Source: a virus (taxonomy: Duplodnaviria > Caudoviricetes). Taken from it: a stretch of DNA of 64,000 nt. Shown piece by piece: positions 19,500 to 30,700 of this stretch; position 1 is the stretch's first letter, and each line of letters begins with the position of its first letter. Location: IMG/VR virus record IMGVR_UViG_3300046167_000798. The stretch is one strand, 5' to 3'. A program made the translations under genes and the position numbers. A model generated the notes under the pieces. The model was given only the letters and a program-made list of their open reading frames with translations. It was not told the DNA's origin and searched no databases.

Positions 19500-20495
19500 C
19501 TATATATTATAAATATCGAGTAATTTGTTTATCCACTCTTCTTTATTAGTATAATTATTAATCATAAATTGTTTTAATGATTTAAACCATTTATTTTTTT
19601 CAGAGTATGGGGTTTCGATTAACCTCTTATAAATATCATTAAATTCTTTTTTAGATGAAGCTCTATAAGGATAATTTAAATCCTTACACCAACTTCCATG
19701 TAAAATAGGTAACTTACCTCTATCTATTGCCTCGAATATAGAATATCCAAATGGTTCACTCGTAAAAGAAGAATGAGATATTCCCCAATCCATATTGTAA
19801 AAAGTATCTTTAAATTTAGAATTGTAATGATATATTTTTGATTTTGAGTAATCATATTTACCAAACCCCTTCCATATTGTTTTAAAATGAAATGAATTTG
19901 TAAATATAAAAGATTTTAATCCATCTAAGTAATGTGGATTCTTTCTTCCCTCACACCTTGAAGCAAATCCTATATTATTAGAATCACTTAAATCTAAATT
20001 ATTTTTAAATTCATAAAAGTTTGGTATATTTACATTTTTTGTTAAAATATCATAAACACCAACCCATATATTATATTTTGAACTCTTATTAACTTTTTGT
20101 TCCCATTGTGAATTTATAAATGGATGCCATCCAAAATAAGCATCAGTACCAACTTGGGATTTAATAATATGGTCTACTGAATTATGTAAAACATTTGAAT
20201 GTATTTTATCTAAGTTTTCTTCTATTACTTTCATTGGGGTATAATGACCATGTAATATATTTATTCTTCTTGCTCCTTTACATAGTTCCTCAAACTTTTC
20301 TATATCATCTCCATGCCAATAAGCTTCGATAGGAAATTCATAATCTTCATGTCCTGTTGGTTTATTTCTATGTAAAAGAAGAATTGGTTTTACATTTAAT
20401 TTAGGTACAACTAACTCCATCCATAGATTTACCCAAGTATCAGTTCCAGCATTTACCCAAGGACCACCACCGGTTGTATAATATACATCATACAT
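19500..20495 (-). CDS. GT-B glycosyltransferase (GT4-like)
   Basis: GFASRCEGRKNP and SEPFGYSIFEAIDRGKLPIL (E-x-FG-x3-E motif). Confidence 0.8.
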   Translation of the reverse strand: MYDVYYTTGGGPWVNAGTDTWVNLWMELVVPKLNVKPILLLHRNKPTGHEDYEFPIEAYWHGDDIEKFEELCKGARRINILHGHYTPMKVIEENLDKIHSNVLHNSVDHIIKSQVGTDAYFGWHPFINSQWEQKVNKSSKYNIWVGVYDILTKNVNIPNFYEFKNNLDLSDSNNIGFASRCEGRKNPHYLDGLKSFIFTNSFHFKTIWKGFGKYDYSKSKIYHYNSKFKDTFYNMDWGISHSSFTSEPFGYSIFEAIDRGKLPILHGSWCKDLNYPYRASSKKEFNDIYKRLIETPYSEKNKWFKSLKQFMINNYTNKEEWINKLLDIYNI

Positions 20496-20498
20496 ATT

Positions 20499-22193
20499 TT
20501 ATTTTTTTACGATTATAATTCCAGCAAAATTATGATTAAAAACAACTGTTACTCTATTTACAGAGTTTGTTGTTATTGATTGAGGAAATTCTTGTTGTGA
20601 AGTTGAAGTATTCCAACATTGTACTATTGGATACTGTTCACCCAAGTTGTGGTCTACTGCATATGAAGATGCTCCACTAACTGTTTCTTTGTGAGTTGTT
20701 AAATTTGTTATTTGTGCTGAACCACTTATAAGACCTGTACCATTAAATGATGAACCACTAATATTACCTACTGCTTGAATATTGTTATTAAATATTGCAG
20801 TACCAGCTTCAGACATATCCAAAGTTAATGCATTTATGGTTGAACCACCATCTTGTCCTCTAAATACAATATCTTTATTGTTGGTTTCGGATTTTATAAT
20901 AAAATCAGAACTATCTCTTTTAAATCTACCGAAAGAAGTTCCACCATCTTTTAATATGATATCTGTACCATCTGCATCTAAAATGATATCACCACCTGCA
21001 TCAATTGTGAAATCACTACTTTCTGTAATTGTAGAACCACTATGAACTCCATCTGCATTTAATTTAGTTTTAACAAGTGCATCTGTATATCCAACTTTAC
21101 TTGTATTAGCAGTTATTGCATTTGCTTGTGAAGTTGTAATAGTTGTTGGAGTATTTGTATGATTATTATAATTTAAGTAATATGCTGCATTTTGACCATC
21201 TAGTAAGTTTGAATCATCAGCTGCAACTCCTTGTACAATATGACCTCCTTTTGCAACTACTACTCTACCACTTTCAGCTGATGCAAATGTTACTGTTACT
21301 GTATTTACATTTGTTGTTACAATTGAATTTGGGATGAAGTAAGAATCATCATCACCATATACTGTTACAATTACATTTTTAGTATTAAAGTTGTGTGTTA
21401 CTACTTTAGAAGTTGCATTTGTGAAAGTATCGGATACTGTTGCAACTTCTGCAATAGATGAAGAAACATTAGTTAATCCACTACCATCACCTACAAATGA
21501 ACCACTAAATGAACCACTTACGGTCATTCCACTTAATATACTACCACTTAATACTGCTTCAGTATTTAATTTAGATTTTACTCTTGCATCTGTATAATAA
21601 AGGTTTGTATTCTCTGATAATTGTGAAGTATTAAATCCACTAAGTGATATTTGTGAAGAACCACTAACAGTTCCACTTGGTAAGTTTGTTACTATATTAG
21701 ATGTAGTAATTACTTCTGATTCAGAACCTAATTTTCCTACTTTCCAATAATCATTTGTTGAATCCCATAATAAAGAACCACTTACAGTTGAAGAACCAGT
21801 TGCATCTTTTATTAAGATACCTCCTGTTGTTTGAGAACCACCATAGTTAAGTTCTAAAATGTTATCTCCTATGTTAACAGTAGTTGAATCAATTGTAGTT
21901 GTAGTTCCCTCTACTGAAAGGTTTCCTACTATCGTTATGTTGTTTGAAAATGTTTTGTTACCTGCAATGGTTTCATTACCTGTGAGGTTAACATATCTTG
22001 AATCTAGTGAGGTTGTGTAAAAGTGGTAAGTATCTTCTGTGGCTATTTCTTTAATGGAAGGAGTTCCATTATCTTTTTCAAAGTAAATCTTTCCATCGTA
22101 TGTGTTTATTGCCAACTCACCTAACTCTAAATTAGATGTAGTAGGTTTTCTTCCTTCAACCGATGTTCTTTTTAGCTTAACTAATTGTGCCAT
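20499..22193 (-). CDS. Tail fibre protein with Mtd-N-like N-terminal anchor
   Basis: MAQLVKLKRTSVEGRKPTTSNLELGELAINTYDGKIYF; two [VT]HN[LF]..V modules; SGS-rich. Confidence 0.75.
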   Translation of the reverse strand: MAQLVKLKRTSVEGRKPTTSNLELGELAINTYDGKIYFEKDNGTPSIKEIATEDTYHFYTTSLDSRYVNLTGNETIAGNKTFSNNITIVGNLSVEGTTTTIDSTTVNIGDNILELNYGGSQTTGGILIKDATGSSTVSGSLLWDSTNDYWKVGKLGSESEVITTSNIVTNLPSGTVSGSSQISLSGFNTSQLSENTNLYYTDARVKSKLNTEAVLSGSILSGMTVSGSFSGSFVGDGSGLTNVSSSIAEVATVSDTFTNATSKVVTHNFNTKNVIVTVYGDDDSYFIPNSIVTTNVNTVTVTFASAESGRVVVAKGGHIVQGVAADDSNLLDGQNAAYYLNYNNHTNTPTTITTSQANAITANTSKVGYTDALVKTKLNADGVHSGSTITESSDFTIDAGGDIILDADGTDIILKDGGTSFGRFKRDSSDFIIKSETNNKDIVFRGQDGGSTINALTLDMSEAGTAIFNNNIQAVGNISGSSFNGTGLISGSAQITNLTTHKETVSGASSYAVDHNLGEQYPIVQCWNTSTSQQEFPQSITTNSVNRVTVVFNHNFAGIIIVKK

Positions 22194-22313
22194 ATATATG
22201 ACTTACCTTTTTTATATAATTATCTACCCTAAATAATATACTATCTTTATATAAAGATATATATATACTATTTAATTTTTTAAAAATTTGAATCGTTAAA
22301 TGAACTCTCTTAT

Positions 22314-25300
22314 TTAAGAAAGTTTACTTTTCAATTCGTCAATCTGTTTTTGTTGGTCTTTAACTGCTTCGATAAGTAATCCAGTAAGTTTTGCATAATC
22401 CACACCCTTGAATCCATTATCTCTATCAGTTACCAACTGTGGTAAAACCTTCTCAACATCTTGTGCAATTACACCAACATTTGGTAATGATTGTTGTACT
22501 TCATCTGCATTATCATTCCAATCCCAAGTAACACCTTTAAGTGATTGTACTTTTTCGATTGGGTTTTCGATATTTTGAATGTTATCTTTTAATCTTTCAT
22601 CAGAAGAAGCATATGCCACAACATCTCCACCTACTTGTAATGCTTTTGCAATACCCACACCACCATCTACGATTAGTGCTCCAGTCGTTTTACTTGCTGC
22701 CTCTGTTGTTTTATTTATATTAACTGCTTCATTGAATGATTTAGCACCTGTAAATGTTTGTGTTCCACTTAAGTGTGCAGTATCTGAATCTAAATTAGCT
22801 GATGGTAACACACCTGTTACATCATTTGCTAAATCAATTTGATTTCTTGTAATTACTTGTCCACTTATTGTTATATAATCAGGTGTACCAGTTAAACTTA
22901 CATTAGTTGAGTTATCAGTTCCTGCTGCATCTACACCTAGATTACCTCTTGCAGTTGAAGCATCTGCTAAATCAGATAAGTTACTTGATTTAGCTAATTT
23001 AGTACCAACAGTTGTAGTTAATGCAGTTAATGCATCTTCATCATCTGATAAAGAAGCTGATAGTTCACCTAAAGTATCTAGTGTTGAACCAGCCGTACCA
23101 ATTAACTCTGTAAGTTCTGCTTGTACATAAGCAGTTGTTGCAATTTTTGTTGAATCATCATTTGCAGAAGGTGTTGGTGCTGCAGTTGTTCCAGTAAATG
23201 TAGGTGATGCGAACATCGTACTTTTACTTTCGTTTGTTACATTTCCTAATCCTAAATCAGTAGGTGTAAGGTCTCTTGTACTAACTGTTCCATTTGCATC
23301 TGTAACGTGTCCTTCTCCATTAGTTGTAATGTTAATATCTAAATCAGATATTACAGTAGCCCCACTTAATGCTGTTGTATCAATACTAAAGTCATCGCCA
23401 TCAAAAGTTGGGTGAGAATAAACTGTATTTGTATCAGTTGCAGTTATTGTTATATTATCTGCATCTGTATGAGTTAGAGTAATATTAGAACCTGCAACAA
23501 ATTTTATATCATCTGTTCCACTTCCAGCTCCACCAGTTGTATTTCTTAAAATAATATCATTACTACTATCTACAAAAGATAATGTTGTAGTATTTTGAGT
23601 ATTATCGTTAGCTGTCATATCAGTAACAACTAAATCAATAGTTCCATCACCATCTTGGTAAGTAGCTGCAATTCTTGTTTCAGTATTACCACTAAACATT
23701 CCACCTACGATATCTTGAACTTGTTCTGTTGTTAATTGTGTATTATCATTTGGAGTAGTTACAGAACCACCTAATGAAATAGCCGAACCATTAATTGTTA
23801 TACTTGAGTTTGATAATTTAGCATTTGCGATTGAACCAGCAAGTTGTGAACTAGTTACACCACTAATTTGTGATGAACCAGATACTACACCACTTGGTAG
23901 TGATGATAATACGTTTGCTGCATCTGTTACATCAGCATTTTCTTCAATATTATCTAATTTAGATTTTAAAGTATTTGTAAAATCATTTGCTGTTTGAGAT
24001 GCAACTACGAAATCAATATCATTAGTACCATCTTGATAAGTTACTGTTATACCTGTTTCAGTACCACCTAACATTCCACCTACTATATCTTGAACTTGTT
24101 CTGTTGATAATTGAGTGTTATCGTTTGGAGTTGTTACTGAACCTCCTAGTGAGACAGCCTGAACCATTAATTGTAATTGATGAATTTGCTAAATCATCAT
24201 TTTGTATTGTTCCTAATGTTATTGCCTGTCCACTAATTCCTAAATAATCATGTGAGGTTGTTACAAGTGTTACATCTGTTGAATTATCTGTTCCTGCTGC
24301 ATCTACACCAAGTGCTGTTCTTGCTGCACCTGCTGAAGTTGCTCCTGTACCACCACTTCCGATTGGTACTGTTCCACCAGTTATTTCTTGTCCACTTAAT
24401 GATAAGTAATTTGTATTTCCTAAAGTTACATCTGTTGAGTTATCAGTTCCAGCTGCATCTACACCTAAGTTAGTTCTTGCAGTTCCAGCATTTGCTAAAT
24501 CAGATAAGTTTGAAGATTTAGCCAATTTAGTACCAACAGTTGTAGTTAATGCAGTTAATGCATCTTCATCATCCGATAAAGAAGCAGAAAGTTCTCCAAG
24601 TGTATCTAATGTTGAACCAGCAGTACCTACTAATTCTGTAAGTTCCCCTTGTACATAAGCAGTTGTTGCTATTTTTGTTGAACTATCGTTTGCCGAAGGT
24701 GTTGGTGCCGCGGTTGTTCCAGTAAATGTAGGAGAAGTAAACATTGTTGATTTACTCTCATTTGTTACATTACCCAAACCAACATCACCTTTAGTAGTTG
24801 CCTGTGCTCTTAAGTTTGCATAAGTTCCACTTTGTGAGAAAGCAGCAACATCAGAAATATCTGATGAAGATATGGATAAGAACGATTTTACATCTGAAGC
24901 CGAACCACTAACAACTTCTTCTGCAGTTAATTTTGTTTTTACAAGTGCATCTGTATATCCAACTTTACTTGAGTTAGCACTAATTGCTGATGCCTGAGCC
25001 CCACTAATAGTTGTAGTATCACCTGCAAGTGCAGTTGTTGAACTTGTACCTAGTTGTAGAGTTGTTACCGAACCACCTAGTGAAACAGCCGAACCATCTA
25101 TTGTTATACTTGAATTTGATAATTTACTATTTGCTATTGAACCAGCTAATTGAGTATTTGTAATCGTACCACTTAAATTACTTGTTAAATATCCTGTTGA
25201 ATCTGCCAAATCAAATGCTGGTGTTGCATCTGAACCACCTAGTGATACCGAAACTCCACCGAATGATACCGATGAGTTTGATAATTTAGAATTCGCTATT

Positions 25301-27099
25301 GAACCAGCAAGTTGTGAATTAGTTATTCCACTAATTTGTGATGAACCACTTACTACACCATCAGCTACTGTAAATGTTATTGTTTCATCTGAACTTTGGT
25401 TAAGTGTTATTGCACCACCTCCATCTAATCCATTTCCTGCAGTAAATGTGATTGTATTATTATTAACATCACTTGCTAATGCATTTACCTGGTCTGAACC
25501 AGATACTACACCACTTGGAAGAATTGCAGTTACATTACCTGCAGTTACAGTACCTATTGTTACTATTGAATTATCACCAGCATATGTTCCACCAGCAACA
25601 GTTGCCAATGTTGAATTAAATGCTTGTACATCTGAGCCGATTGCAACTCCTAAGTTTGTTCTTGCAGTTGATGCATTTGCTAAATCAGATAAATTACTTG
25701 ATTTTGCTAATTTTGTTCCTACTGTTGTTACTAAACTTGCAAGTGAACCAGAATCTTCAGATAATGAAGCAGAAAGTTCTCCTAGTGTATCTAGTGTTGA
25801 ACCAGCAGTACCTACTAAATCAGTAAGTTCTTGTTGTACATAAGCAGTTGTTGCAATTCTAGTAGAATTATTATTTACTCCTTGTGTTGGTGCAGTTGGA
25901 TTACCAGTAAGTGCTGGTGAACTGAACATTGTTGTTTTTGATTCATTTGTTACATTACCTAAACCAACATCTCCTGCCGTAGTTCCTTGTGCTCTTAAGT
26001 TTGCATAAGTTCCACTTTGTGAGAACGCTGCAACATCAGTAATATCAGCAGATGTAATTGAACCACTTAATACTTCTTCTGCATCTAATTTTGTTTTTAC
26101 TCGTGTATCAGTATAGTATAAGTTTGTATTTTCAGATAATTGTGAAGTATTAAATCCACTTAAAGATATTTGTTCTGAACCTGATACTATTCCACTACCA
26201 TTTGTTATTGTTGCTAATGCAAGTGAACCACCTAATGAAACTGCGTTACCTGCAATACTAATTGATGAATTAGAAAGTTTTGAATTTCCAATTGAACCAG
26301 CTAATTTACTTGATGCAATTGAACCTGCTAATTGTGTGTTTGTAATCGTACCACTTAAATTACTTGTTAAATATCCAGTTGCATCTGCCAAATCAAATGC
26401 TGGTGTTGCATCTGAAGCTCCTAAAGCTACACTTACACCACCAAATGATACTGAACTATTACTAAGTTTAGAATTTGCAATTGAACCAGCTAATTGTGTG
26501 TTAGTTACACCACTTATTTGTGCTGAACTAGATATTACTTCTTGATTATCTAATTGTTGTTTAACATCAGCTACCCAACCAGTAGTTTGGTCTGCACTAA
26601 TTTGTCCCGAACCAGATACAATACCTGTTCCGAAATAATTTATTTTTGAAGATGCAATTGCTGCAGATGCATTTACATCAGCATTTACAATTGCTCCCGC
26701 CGTAATAGAAACAGTACCGCCAGCAGCGATTCCTATATCACCACTAACATTCCCATATATACTATCTTCTAAATTTGAAAAAGTTACTTTTTTCTCTGTT
26801 CCATTATCACTTATAAGGAAATTATCTCCTTGTGCAACTGAAGCTCCTCCAAGTGCACTTAGTGAATCTATATTAAAAGCAGTTGCCGCAACACCTGTAA
26901 GATTAGAACCATCCCCTACGAATGAACCAGTAAATGAACCAGAAAAATCTGCAGAAGGTTTTGCTCCTGTCGGATTACCTCCTGAGTTCTGTTCAACTGT
27001 TGTAAGTCCACCTGCAGAATCTAATTCTAATACTACTCTTGTTCCATCGGTTCTTGGGAATATTAATGAACCGGTTATTTCGGGATTGTGTATTTTCAT
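22314..27099 (-). CDS. Long tail fibre with C-terminal S74 intramolecular chaperone (about 1594 aa after removing one insertion)
   Basis: Track ORFs 24118-27099 and 22314-24167 join at 24158-59; the repaired NGSAVSLGGSVTTPND matches an internal repeat. C-terminus SDERLKDNI..GVIAQDVE..VDYAKLTGLLIEAVK. Confidence 0.85.
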
Positions 27100-27135
27100 T
27101 GTATATTTTTCCTTTTCAAATTTATTTTAATTTTA

Positions 27136-27786
27136 TTATACAGTGCCACCATCAATTGATGATATCACCACCGCATTAGCAGTTCCACTAACATCTCCAC
27201 CCATTGTTATTTGAGCGGATGATGAGAAAACTCCTTCTGCATTTAATTTTGTTTTTATTTGTCCTGATAGTCCATCAATACTTGCGGCTGATATTGAACC
27301 ACTTATTAAATGTCCACCTTGTGCAACAACTATATAACCACTTGTTGCTGTTGAAAATGTTACAGTTGCACTATTATTATTATCTAATTTTATAGATTCT
27401 GGTATAAGCTGAAAGTTAGTAGAGTCATATACTTGTATGATTGGACTTTCTGTAGCTAGATTATGGTCTACTGTTACAGAGGTTTGATTTGTAAAGTTAG
27501 CTTTGGTTGTAGCAACTTGTGCTACTGTTATATTTGTAAGTTGTGAACCATCACCTTGAAATGCTGAAGCAGATATTGAACCACTTGCTCTTAATGAACC
27601 GGTTAAAATTCCTTGATGGTCGAGAGTAACAAACTGTTTTATACTATCTCCAACCGCAGAACCCGATTTTCTTAGGAATACTGTTCCATCGTTTACATTT
27701 AATGCTAATTCACCAACTGCTAAATTGGATGTAGTTGGTTTACTTCCTGCTGTTAGACTTCTCTTGAGTTTTACTATCTGAGCCAT
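27136..27786 (-). CDS. Short fibre/adaptor protein with Mtd-N-like anchor
   Basis: MAQIVKLKRSLTAGSKPTTSNLAVGELALNVNDG; ends IDGGTV. Confidence 0.75.
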   Translation of the reverse strand: MAQIVKLKRSLTAGSKPTTSNLAVGELALNVNDGTVFLRKSGSAVGDSIKQFVTLDHQGILTGSLRASGSISASAFQGDGSQLTNITVAQVATTKANFTNQTSVTVDHNLATESPIIQVYDSTNFQLIPESIKLDNNNSATVTFSTATSGYIVVAQGGHLISGSISAASIDGLSGQIKTKLNAEGVFSSSAQITMGGDVSGTANAVVISSIDGGTV

Positions 27787-30700
27787 TTATTTTGATTCCT
27801 TAATAATTTTTTTTAGTTCTATTACTTCTTTATTTAAATCTTTTATTCCTTCTATAAGTAATGGGATTATTTTATCGTATTTTACAGATTTAAATCCACT
27901 CTCTTTTGTATGAACCAATTCCGGTAAGATTTTTTCAATTTCTTGAGCTATTACACCATAATCCTTACCTTTATAAGTATCTTGTTTTTCTTCATTCCAA
28001 TCAAAAGTATTACCAGAAATCTCATTTATTTTCTCTAATGGATTTTGAATAGGTTGGATATTATTTTTTAATCTTTCATCTGAAGAAGCATAAGCCACAA
28101 TATCATCACTTGCTTTTATAGTACCAGTTACATGAATATCATCTGAAATTTGGAATCTTGAATTTGCATGATTCCATGTAATTGATTCATTTGCTCCTGC
28201 TATTTCAATACCAGCACCATCAGCAGCTGCTGAATCAGCTGAACCACTTGCAACTGTTATTACTTTATCTTCAATTCTTAATTCTGTTACTTGTAGTTCA
28301 GTTGCTGAACCTTGTACTACTAAACTTCCATTTATTTGAACATCACCTGTAAAATCACCATCTGCAAACGTAACATTATTTGTTGTTGCAAGATTTTGGT
28401 TAATTGTATCTAGGTTTGCCTTATTAGAATGAGTGTGTGTATCTGATTCTAAAGAATCTAAACGAGAATCTAATGAAGTTGAAACGGCAGTTCCTGCAAA
28501 TAAACTATTGATTTGAGATGAACCACTAACAACACTATCACCATTTATTTCTAAATAAACTGAATTTAAATTAGAAGTTAATTGAGTAGAACCACTAATT
28601 ACACCACTTGGAAGAATTGCAGTTACATTACCTGCAGTTACAGTTCCTAATGTTGTAATGTTTCCTTGTGTAAAGTGTTCGTTTGAATTATATCCAGTTA
28701 CCGAAGAGAGTGTAATTTGAGATGAACCACTAACTACTGTTTCTTCATTTAATTTTGCTTTTACAAGTGCATCTGTATATCCAACTTTACCTGTGTTGGT
28801 TGAAATTGCAGATGCTTGACCACCTGTTATAGTTGTTGGTTGATTTTGTATTGAATTATAATCAATTTGAGCAGATGAGGAAACTACACTATCTCCTTCT
28901 ACTTTTAAGAATCCTAATGAATCAATTTGTGCAGATGAAGAAACTAATCCACTTCCATTTGTAATTTGAGCAGAACCACTAAGTACTCCCTCTGTATTTA
29001 ATTTTGCTTTTACAAGAGCATCTGTATATCCAACTTTACTTGAGTTAGTTCCAACATTAGTTTCTAATGTATCTAAATCAACTGCTTGTGTAATAGATAT
29101 AAATGCCAATTTATTAGATTGACCAGATGAAATTGTTGTTGGTTGATTTTGTATTGAATTATAATCAATTTGAGCAGATGAGGAAACTACACTATCCCCA
29201 TTAGTATTTAAGTATCTTGAATCAAATACAGATGTTAATTGTGAAGAACCACTAATTACACCTTCAGTATTTAATTTTGTTTTTACTTTAGTATCTGAAT
29301 ATTGATTTATAGAAGAATAGTTTGTTGTTTGAGATACATCAACTTGTGATGAACCACTAACTACACTATCTCCATCTTTTTCTAAAAATAAGTTATAATT
29401 TTGAATTTGTGCAGAAGAAGATACAACACCATCTCCTAGTGTATCTAAGAAATCTGCCGATAATTGTGCAGAAGATGAAAATACACCCTCAGCATTTAAT
29501 TTAGTTTTTACACCACCAGTAAAGTGAGCCGAACCTGTACTAACAGCAATGTGAATATTACCTTGTACACCTTTTGCTCCACCAACTTCAGTACCAGTTG
29601 GTAAATGAATAAGACCGGTTGTTGCATCTGAGAATACAGATGATGGGTTAACTTCTGTGATATCACCAGCACCTGCTGAAATTAATGCATCATTTACTGC
29701 TTTTGTGGTTGGTATTGAGTTAGGGTCATCTGCAATAGAAGCAGAAACATTAAAGAATGCTGAAGTTCCTAAAACTCTTTTTCCAATCTGTCCTGCAGAA
29801 CCACTAAATAATGCAGTTTGTTGACCTATAGCCAGAGTACCTAAATTTGTTAAAGTTACTCCTTGGAATGTAGGTGAATCTCCTGTTTGTAATCCGGTAT
29901 CTACATCTTGATTAACTCCATTAATTTGTGCTCTTACTGTACCTTGTGATGGGGAACTGAATACAGAACCACTAACCAATCCACTTGGTAAAATAGCACT
30001 TATATCTCCACTTGTTACAGTTCCTACTGTTGTAATATTTCCTTGTGTAAAGTGTTCGTTTGAATTATATCCGGTTACTGAAGTTAATGAAACTTGTGAA
30101 GAACCACTAATTACACCTTCATCGTTTATTTTTTCTTTTATACCATTAGTAAAATGAACAGAACCAGTATCTAATGTAATACTTCTATTTGTATCAATAG
30201 TACCACCACCACTTAAACCTTTACCACTTCCAACTGATATAGATGAGTGGTCAATATGTTCACTTGTTACAAAACCAGTTGTATCATCGTGAGATATTTG
30301 AGCAGATGATGAAATTACATCATCTCCATTAGTATTTAAGTATCTTGAATCAAATGTACTTGTTAATTGACCAGAACCACTAATTACACCTTCAGTATTT
30401 AATTTTGTTTTTACTTTTGTATCTGTATAATATTCATTTGAACCTTCTGATAAATCAGATGTTGAAAATCCACTTAATGATACTTGAGCAGAACCACTAA
30501 ATAAAGTTGGTTTGTTTAATACATTAGAATATTCTACTGAACTTGCTTGTATATTACCTACTACTCTTGAACCATCTAAGTTACCTGTCGTATTAGCAAG
30601 GGTAATTTGAGCAGATGAGGAAACTACATTATCTCCATCTATTTCTAAATATCTTAAATCTAAATCACCAGTTAATTGAGCTGAAGATGAAATTACTCCA

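Noticed and set aside
22194-22313. Very AT-rich intergenic gap as a replication origin
   Set aside because: No iterons or DnaA boxes; it contains only a variant late motif (22215) and an SD-like AAGGT.
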